The notes below the pieces were generated by a model, which was not told the origin of the DNA, searched no databases, and worked only from the letters and a program-made list of their open reading frames with translations. From a virus (lineage: Duplodnaviria > Heunggongvirae > Uroviricota > Caudoviricetes), in the IMG/VR virus record IMGVR_UViG_2623620491_000007: DNA of 4,934 nt; one strand, given 5' to 3'. Below are positions 1-4,777 of the stretch, in pieces; positions within the stretch are counted from its first letter, which is position 1; each line of letters starts with the position of its first letter. The translations under genes were made by a program, and so were the position numbers.

Positions 1-228
1 ACAGAAACTGTGGCGGACATTGTGCAGTCGCTGCCATCGTTTACTGAAACGCGAGCGGATGACCTGGTTTTACCATCGCTGCATATGGCAAACCGCGAAT
101 TGCGTCGGGCGAAAAATCATGTTCAGAAGTGGGAGCGAGTCTGCGCCGCGCTGCGGGAGCTGAACAAGCACCGGGATATTGTTCGACAGATTACTGATTC
201 TTCCCGCCGTGTTGTATCGGAAAAGTGA
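1..228 (+). CDS. 3' end of an upstream phage gene (frame open from position 1, stop TGA 226-228); probably a replication-region protein given its position just before a ren-like gene, identity unresolved
   Basis: Frame 1 is open from the first base to TGA at 226-228; about 50% GC like the neighbouring phage genes; the next gene starts 16 nt downstream with its own SD. No motif recognised in the 75 visible residues. Confidence 0.5.
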   Translation, partial: TETVADIVQSLPSFTETRADDLVLPSLHMANRELRRAKNHVQKWERVCAALRELNKHRDIVRQITDSSRRVVSEK

Positions 229-243
229 TTGCCGGAGGCGCTT

Positions 244-660
244 ATGGCAAAAGTATTTACACCAGAAGAGCGGGAAAAAATTAAAGGGCAGGTTGTTGAA
301 CTTGTACGTCTGAGCGGTCGCGAGACGTTACGGGCACTGGAGGCTAAAACCGGTGCATCAAGGTATTACATAAGCACTCTCGCCAGAGAACTGGTCGCCA
401 GTGGTGATGTTTACAATTCAGGCTACGGATTATTCCCGTCTGAGCAGGCGCGTAAAGACTGGCAAAACGCCCGCAAAAAACTATCCAGGGCAAAGGCGAA
501 GAAACCGGTTGTGGTTGATCCGGACCTTATCTGGTCATTACCTGACGGAGAAATACGTCGCTACGATAGCCGTCTAAACATAATCTGTAGCGAGTGCCGG
601 AAGAGTGAAGTTATGAAACGTGTACTGGCATTTTATCAGGGAAATCTTCGGTATTTATAG
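244..660 (+). CDS. ren: Ren-like protein (lambda Ren family, exclusion-associated), 138 aa from ATG 244
   Basis: C-terminal ...ICSECRKSEVMKRVLAFYQG resembles the lambda Ren C-terminus (...FKECRQSAAMKRVLAVYG...) as I recall it. SD GGAGG at 234-238 lies 5 nt before ATG 244; the ORF-track start at 229 is a TTG with no SD. An HTH-like segment GRETLRALEAKTGASRYYISTLARELVASG is present. Position after a replication-type gene matches lambda P-ren order. Confidence 0.55.
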   Translation: MAKVFTPEEREKIKGQVVELVRLSGRETLRALEAKTGASRYYISTLARELVASGDVYNSGYGLFPSEQARKDWQNARKKLSRAKAKKPVVVDPDLIWSLPDGEIRRYDSRLNIICSECRKSEVMKRVLAFYQGNLRYL

Positions 661-736
661 ACGTTACTAGATCAAAGAGCATTAGTTCATACGTAAATTG
701 ACATTTTTCTGGCACAGGGGAGAGCTAGCGTGGTTG

Positions 737-771
737 TCCGCTTTGTGCCAGAAGCGGAAGTTGCTAAAATG
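737..771. repeat. Left copy of a palindrome-containing repeat: TCCGCTTT-N7-AAGCGGA, then 5 nt, then CTAAAATG
   Basis: TCCGCTT (737-743) is the reverse complement of AAGCGGA (752-758), giving a 7 bp stem with an 8 nt loop; CTAAAATG follows at 764-771. The same blocks recur at 2959-2988. No T-run on either strand, so not an intrinsic terminator. Confidence 0.5.
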
Positions 772-867
772 GTTTACCGTGTCCAAAGGAGTCAGGGGCA
801 ACAACGCGATATTGCTGACTGAGGTTTGGATCTAATCCTAGGACATGTCAGGAGCAATGCTAATCTA

Positions 868-896
868 TTCATTAAAGCAGAGTATATGCCTATAAT
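868..896 (+). promoter_or_regulatory. Candidate sigma70 promoter for the AT-rich cassette (-35 TTCATT 868-873, 17 bp spacer, -10 TATAAT 891-896)
   Basis: Perfect -10 hexamer TATAAT at 891-896 with a weak -35; it sits about 85 nt upstream of the SD and ATG of the first cassette gene. AT-rich context means other hexamers are possible; not tested. Confidence 0.3.
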
Positions 897-979
897 TTAG
901 AACCTTGCTATGGACATGAAAATGTGTAACATGCAATAGATCTCTACACACAGCAGGATTCCTACACCAAGGAGTGTTT

Positions 980-1381
980 ATGATTAACGAATCCAGTCCT
1001 TTCCCAGACAACGAAATTATATCCTTCTATGACTGTACTGGCATGCCCATTTTTTATCTACATAGTGATGGTGAAAGTTTTTATCACTATGACGGAACCC
1101 CACTAGCCTATTTATATAATAATGAATATATAGTTTCATATTCAGGTCAGTATTTAGGTTGGCTATATAATGGGAGTATTATAGATTATAAAAATGGGGC
1201 TTATGTTTTTTTTACAGCTTATAGTTCTGGTGGGCCATCGCGACCAAGCCGAAAGTTTCGACCAAGTCGATTATCAAGAAAGAGCAGACCTGCTAAATTA
1301 AGTCGTAATAGTCGACCGTCACGACCTTCAAGACAAACCAGATGGAGCGAGCGAAGCAACATGAGTTTTTTCAGTAGTTAA
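980..1381 (+). CDS. Hypothetical small protein (133 aa) with a Tyr/Gly-rich repeated N-terminal domain and a basic Ser/Arg/Pro-rich repetitive tail
   Basis: SD AAGGAG at 969-974 lies 5 nt before ATG 980 (the ORF-track start at 974 is a GTG inside the SD). N-terminal half shows repeated motifs (FYDCTG..IFYL, SFYHYDGTPLAYLY, EYIVSYSGQYLGWLY, IIDYKNGAYVFF); C-terminal tail is SRPSRKFRPSRLSRKSRPAKLSRNSRPSRPSRQTR. Very AT-rich. Confidence 0.65.
   Translation: MINESSPFPDNEIISFYDCTGMPIFYLHSDGESFYHYDGTPLAYLYNNEYIVSYSGQYLGWLYNGSIIDYKNGAYVFFTAYSSGGPSRPSRKFRPSRLSRKSRPAKLSRNSRPSRPSRQTRWSERSNMSFFSS
1236..1335 (+). repeat. Degenerate in-frame tandem repeats (about 18 bp units, e.g. CGACCAAG at 1241-1248 and 1259-1266) encoding the SRPSR-type peptide repeats
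   Basis: Direct reading: CGACCAAG recurs 18 bp apart, with further TCGACC/CGACC units at 1312-1326; this corresponds to the repeated S-R-P-S-R peptide units in the protein tail. Confidence 0.5.
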
Positions 1382-1459
1382 ATTCTCGTTGTATTAAAAA
1401 ATAGATTGATTTGAAAGTTAGCATATTTACCTACTATCAAATAATGAAAAGGGTTAAAG

Positions 1460-2875
1460 ATGAGTAATCTTCCTACTACAGTAAATACAACCGCAGTAAC
1501 CACTGGTGTTGATAATTTCACAACGTCATTAACTACTTACCTCACCGATTTGAATCTTCCGGCAAAGGGCGTTTTAGTCGGCAATGATCAGAGGTACACT
1601 GTAATTGATAACTTCCCAAAGGTTATTGGTGGTATTGACAGTGCAAGGCGTTCAGATTCGTTATATCTATCAAAGTTTATTGCAGCGTGCGGCGCTGGCC
1701 TTTTTGATGCAGCACTCAATTTTTTATGGAATGAAACAGTAGTAAATTTGAGATGGAAGGTTTCCCTTAACGATATAGACTATTTTTATGACAGTATTGT
1801 CACTGACACAAAAAGAAGAGATAAGCTTAAAACTGTAGATGATTTAGTTAATATAGAGGAGTGGGAGCTTGTTAAGGGTTGCCACTTAACGGGATTACTT
1901 TCGGATATAGGTTTTAAACATCTTGATTATATAAGAGATATGAGGAACTGGGCTAGTGCAGCACATCCTAACCAAAGTCAGCTAACAGGATTCATGCTCA
2001 TCTCATGGCTTGAAACCTGCATCAAAGAAGTGATTGCGAAAGAACCAGAACCTTCTGCATTACAAATAAAGAGAGTACTATCTAACATCAGAGGCGCTAA
2101 CTTAGAAGGCGATGACTTAGCCCATATAAAATCTGCGATGGAAAGCTTACCTCAAGATGTTGTTGATTCTTTCTTAAGAACTATATTTGGGATGTATACT
2201 AATGATAACGCGGCTGTACAGGTTAAGAATAATATAAAAGGAATTGCAAAAAAATGTTGGGATCTTTCGTCAGAAACTACGAAGTATAGTTGTGGTATAA
2301 GATATCAATCTTTTGCAGCTAACGGAGAGAGAGCTAGGAAAGATGCGGCTAATGAGTTTTTAACTACTGTATCTGGTCTTCCATATCTTCCATCAGACTC
2401 TTTGGCTGTTGAAATATCAATCAGAGTGACAAATTTATACCAGGCCCATTTTGGATGGAATAATTTCCATAATGAACCTGCTCATGCATCCTCTTTGGCA
2501 GCATATATCTCCTCTGCTGGGAATGTCCCTGACTCAGTTCGATTTGAATATGTTAAGACTATAGTTTTGTGTTATTTGGGCAACAGCTATGGAGTGTCTA
2601 ATATGGCCGTTTCTTACTATGAAGAAATGATTGGTAAGTTCGGCGAGGCAGAGTTAAAAGAGTTCGTAAAAATAATTTATGATAAAGACGTGATATCTAG
2701 GCTTGCAACTCAAACATGTGCTTCTCGATATAAACATATAGCATCCAATTTTGTTAGCAGAACTACCAATCAAATAACCTCGCAAGCTCTTAATGCGATC
2801 ATAGCATCGACTGCTCTCCAGTTACCGAACCTATCGAAAGCAACGGCCTACGATAAACTTATTCGCTCATACTAA
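1460..2875 (+). CDS. Hypothetical protein, 471 aa, no recognisable catalytic or NTP-binding motif; candidate effector of a phage-exclusion/defence cassette
   Basis: Long uninterrupted ORF in AT-rich DNA; SD-like AAAAGGG at 1447-1453 lies 6 nt before ATG 1460; stop TAA at 2873-2875 is followed by an intrinsic terminator. Thr-rich low-complexity N-terminus (residues about 5-27). One R-x6-H element (R162...H169, RNWASAAH, nt 1943-1966) is reminiscent of, but not diagnostic for, HEPN-type Rx4-6H motifs. No Walker A, no nucleotidyltransferase, RT, TIR or Sir2 signatures seen by eye. Confidence 0.8.
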   Translation: MSNLPTTVNTTAVTTGVDNFTTSLTTYLTDLNLPAKGVLVGNDQRYTVIDNFPKVIGGIDSARRSDSLYLSKFIAACGAGLFDAALNFLWNETVVNLRWKVSLNDIDYFYDSIVTDTKRRDKLKTVDDLVNIEEWELVKGCHLTGLLSDIGFKHLDYIRDMRNWASAAHPNQSQLTGFMLISWLETCIKEVIAKEPEPSALQIKRVLSNIRGANLEGDDLAHIKSAMESLPQDVVDSFLRTIFGMYTNDNAAVQVKNNIKGIAKKCWDLSSETTKYSCGIRYQSFAANGERARKDAANEFLTTVSGLPYLPSDSLAVEISIRVTNLYQAHFGWNNFHNEPAHASSLAAYISSAGNVPDSVRFEYVKTIVLCYLGNSYGVSNMAVSYYEEMIGKFGEAELKEFVKIIYDKDVISRLATQTCASRYKHIASNFVSRTTNQITSQALNAIIASTALQLPNLSKATAYDKLIRSY

Positions 2876-2911
2876 ATACTGTGAGGCAAAAACAGGCTTG
2901 GATCAGATAAC

Positions 2912-2938
2912 AGCCCTCTCTATTCGAGGGCTTTTTTG
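2912..2938 (+). terminator. Rho-independent terminator ending the AT-rich cassette
   Basis: Stem AGCCCTC (2912-2918), loop TCTATTC, stem GAGGGCT (2926-2932), then TTTTTTG; it lies 37 nt after the TAA of the 471-aa gene. Confidence 0.65.
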
Positions 2939-2958
2939 TAGGAATGCTTAATTGAATA

Positions 2959-2988
2959 TCCGCTTTTCGCTCAAAGCGGACTAAAATG
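2959..2988. repeat. Right copy of the palindrome-containing repeat: TCCGCTTT-N7-AAGCGGA directly followed by CTAAAATG
   Basis: TCCGCTTT (2959-2966) pairs with AAAGCGGA (2973-2980) around a 6 nt loop; CTAAAATG at 2981-2988. Blocks are identical to the left copy at 737-771 apart from the loop and a 5 nt insertion in the left copy. Confidence 0.5.
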
Positions 2989-3027
2989 TTGGCTTGTGTC
3001 TGACTTAGAGCATTTAAGGAAGTGCTG

Positions 3028-3246
3028 GTGGTGACTGGTTGTTGTGTTCCATTTCTACAGAACAAAATCACAGAAACTATACCCAATAGTTGTATTGAAT
3101 CACTGACGAGACAGCCTCATATTTATCAGGACTGGTGTGCGTCTAATACAGGAGGTTGTCGTGCTGGTTCTCAAATGTGCGCTGGCTATTGCGGCTGTAA
3201 TGGCAATTTATTGTCTTGCTATTGTTCTTATGGATCGCCTTTTTGA
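3028..3246 (+). CDS. Possible small cysteine-rich protein (about 72 aa, 14 Cys); coding status uncertain
   Basis: ORF-track frame 3022-3246. AAGGAAG at 3015-3021 is too close to GTG 3022, so GTG 3028 or 3031 is the more plausible start. C-terminal CAGYCGCNGNLLSCYCSYGSPF is Cys-dense. No homolog recalled; it fills the gap between the cassette terminator and the hok promoter. Confidence 0.2.
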   Translation: MVTGCCVPFLQNKITETIPNSCIESLTRQPHIYQDWCASNTGGCRAGSQMCAGYCGCNGNLLSCYCSYGSPF

Positions 3247-3257
3247 CTGATTTCATA

Positions 3258-3286
3258 TTGGCGAGGTAACGGGAGTTAAGTAGAAT
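3258..3286 (+). promoter_or_regulatory. Candidate promoter of the mok/hok mRNA (-35 TTGGCG 3258-3263, 17 bp spacer, -10 TAGAAT 3281-3286)
   Basis: Hexamers with canonical spacing; the predicted start near 3293 gives a leader of about 113 nt before mok and a transcript of about 420 nt to the terminator, in line with hok-family mRNAs. The predicted 5' end is complementary to a segment downstream of hok. Confidence 0.35.
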
Positions 3287-3405
3287 GCCTGCGGGTGCTT
3301 GGGGCTATCTGTCTCAGGCATGAACACCAAAAGGCAGATAGAGAAGAGCCCCAGTTAACATTACGCGTCCTGCAAGACGCTTAACATTAATCTGAGGCTC
3401 AATCT

Positions 3406-3618
3406 ATGAACGGCAAATCTAGGTTAGCCTCTTACGTGCCGAAAGGCAAGGAGAAGCAGGCTATGAAGCAGCAAAAGGCGATGTTAATCGCCCTGATCGT
3501 CATCTGTTTAACCGTCATAGTGACGGCGCTGGTAACGAGGAAAGACCTCTGCGAGGTACGAATCCGAACCGGCCAGACGGAGGTCGCTGTCTTCACAGCT
3601 TACGAATCTGAGGAGTAA
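3406..3618 (+). CDS. mok: Mok-like reading frame: in-frame N-terminal extension of hok whose translation enables hok translation (70 aa)
   Basis: ATG 3406 is preceded by GAGG at 3394-3397 (8 nt spacing) and runs in frame through hok to the same stop. This mirrors chromosomal mokC/hokC annotation, where both share a stop, as I recall it. Confidence 0.5.
   Translation: MNGKSRLASYVPKGKEKQAMKQQKAMLIALIVICLTVIVTALVTRKDLCEVRIRTGQTEVAVFTAYESEE
3463..3618 (+). CDS. hok: Hok/Gef-family type I toxin (small membrane-depolarising peptide), 51 aa
   Basis: Translation MKQQKAMLIALIVICLTVIVTALVTRKDLCEVRIRTGQTEVAVFTAYESEE matches the Hok/Gef/RelF family: hydrophobic transmembrane helix followed by the conserved TRKxLCE..R..G..EVAAF/VF..YE block. 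Closest to HokD/RelF and Gef from memory. SD AAGGAG at 3448-3453 lies 9 nt before ATG 3463; stop TAA 3616-3618. Confidence 0.85.
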   Translation: MKQQKAMLIALIVICLTVIVTALVTRKDLCEVRIRTGQTEVAVFTAYESEE

Positions 3619-3676
3619 GAGACCCGGCGGGGGAGAAATCCCTCGCCACCTCTGATGTGTCAGGCATTCTCAACGC

Positions 3677-3710
3677 ACCCGCATTTAACCCGTTTCGGCG
3701 GGTTTTTTGT
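3677..3710 (+). terminator. Rho-independent terminator of the hok transcript
   Basis: GC-rich hairpin (AACCCG 3687-3692, loop TTTCGG, CGGGTT 3699-3704; alternatively ACCCGC 3677-3682 with GCGGGT 3698-3703) running into TTTTTTGTT at 3703-3711. Confidence 0.55.
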
Positions 3711-3893
3711 TGCGCGCTGAATACGCAGGGGGAAAAATAACCATATATTTGATTATATACACAACAAAAAATAAAAGTCATTGTACCTGCACATTAAACA
3801 ATCCAATATACGGCGTGAAATAAATATTTTTCAGATTAATATTTTTGTCTCTATGTGGATATAACCGTTTGTACTTATAAACCTGGAGGCATC

Positions 3894-4106
3894 GTGGAAA
3901 AAATAAAGAAACTATTTAGTAGCAAATACGCAGTCATACGTCGTGATGACCTGTCAGTTATAGTCGAAATGGATTACTTCCCTGAAACCCCAAAATCAAT
4001 GATGTATCGTAATGGTCGAAAGGTAATTTTTTTACCGATGAGGGTAAGTGACATTATGGGAAATGATAAACTGCTGGATGAATTGCGAGTCAGAGCATCC
4101 TGTTAG
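3894..4106 (+). CDS. Hypothetical small phage protein (about 70 aa from GTG 3894)
   Basis: ORF-track frame 3855-4106. The best start is GTG 3894, 4 nt after GGAGG (3885-3889). It is preceded by an AT-rich, promoter-like intergenic region and ends 71 nt before the DUF1367-like gene. No motif recognised. Confidence 0.35.
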   Translation: MEKIKKLFSSKYAVIRRDDLSVIVEMDYFPETPKSMMYRNGRKVIFLPMRVSDIMGNDKLLDELRVRASC

Positions 4107-4177
4107 TATTGGCATTAATTCTGTTATACTACATAACGGGCTGAACACCCATTCTACTGCGCCAGCGGAGAACTACG

Positions 4178-4777
4178 ATGGCGCATATACAACTGGTCAA
4201 ACAAACCTCTTCCGGATTACTTCTCCCGGCGACGCCGGAGAGTTGCGATTTTTTGCATCAAATCAAAATAGGTGAGTGGATACACGCAGACTTTAAGCGT
4301 GTGCGTAACTACGCATTTCACAAGCGTTTTTTTAAACTCCTGCAACTGGGATTCGATTACTGGACTCCGAGCGGTGGGGTGATCACGCCTCGAGAACGAG
4401 AACTGGTATCAGGCTTCGTTGAGTACCTGTGCGAATCAGTAGGTCGGGAACATACGCCAGCTCTGAGCGAAGCCGCAGAGCAATATCTGAATACAGTTGC
4501 AACACGCAGAACCCGGGATACGGCCTTACTCAAGTCATTTGACGCTTTTCGCGAATGGGTAACCATTCAGGCCGGATTTTACACCGAACATTTTTATCCG
4601 GACGGTAGTCGTGGGCGCAGGGCAAAATCTATCGCATTTGCGAACATGGACGAAACCGAGTTTCAGCAGGTTTATAAATCTGTACTGAATGTGCTGTGGA
4701 ACTGGATCCTGTTCCGTAAATTTTCCTCTCCGGAGGAAGTCGAAAATGTGGCCGCACAGTTACTGGAGTTTGCGTAA
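4178..4777 (+). CDS. DUF1367-family lambdoid phage protein (nin-region gene), 199 aa
   Basis: GGAG at 4166-4169 lies 8 nt before ATG 4178. The product (MAHIQLVKQTSSG...FHKRFFKLLQLGFDYW...) matches my recollection of the conserved DUF1367 proteins found upstream of DUF1364/rusA/Q in lambdoid prophages. Stop TAA 4775-4777. Confidence 0.8.
   Translation: MAHIQLVKQTSSGLLLPATPESCDFLHQIKIGEWIHADFKRVRNYAFHKRFFKLLQLGFDYWTPSGGVITPRERELVSGFVEYLCESVGREHTPALSEAAEQYLNTVATRRTRDTALLKSFDAFREWVTIQAGFYTEHFYPDGSRGRRAKSIAFANMDETEFQQVYKSVLNVLWNWILFRKFSSPEEVENVAAQLLEFA

Noticed and set aside
698-727. Perfect -35 TTGACA at 698-703 as a + strand promoter
   Set aside because: No acceptable -10 hexamer lies 16-18 bp downstream (AGAGCT/GAGCTA), so it was not called as a promoter; it may still be part of a regulatory site.
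974-979. ORF-track start at 974 (GTG) for the small cassette protein, and start at 229 (TTG) for the Ren-like gene
   Set aside because: GTG 974 lies inside the AAGGAG SD and TTG 229 has no SD. The downstream ATGs at 980 and 244 have properly spaced SDs, so those were used.
1382-1459. Internal promoter between the two cassette genes
   Set aside because: TTGATT and TTGAAA hexamers are present but none pairs with a credible -10 at 16-18 bp. The 78 bp gap with an SD is more consistent with co-transcription from upstream.
737-2988. Integron-like attC sites or IS inverted repeats flanking the cassette
   Set aside because: The two repeat copies are in direct orientation, lack the integron core organisation, and no integrase or transposase is present in the window. 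They are reported only as unexplained flanking repeats.
2859-3086. Minus-strand ORF of 75 aa
   Set aside because: It overlaps the 3' end of the 471-aa gene, the cassette terminator hairpin and the palindromic repeat; there is no SD and no recognisable product. Most likely a chance antisense ORF.
3593-3781. Minus-strand ORF of 62 aa
   Set aside because: It overlaps the hok 3' end and the hok terminator/fold-back region, which are better explained as RNA structure on the + strand.
4048-4275. Plus-strand ORF of 75 aa overlapping the end of the 3894-4106 ORF and the start of the DUF1367-like gene
   Set aside because: It is out of frame with two better-supported genes, has no SD, and its product is low-complexity.
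4357-4566. Minus-strand ORF of 69 aa inside the DUF1367-like gene
   Set aside because: Antisense shadow ORF within a well-supported coding region; there are no start signals.
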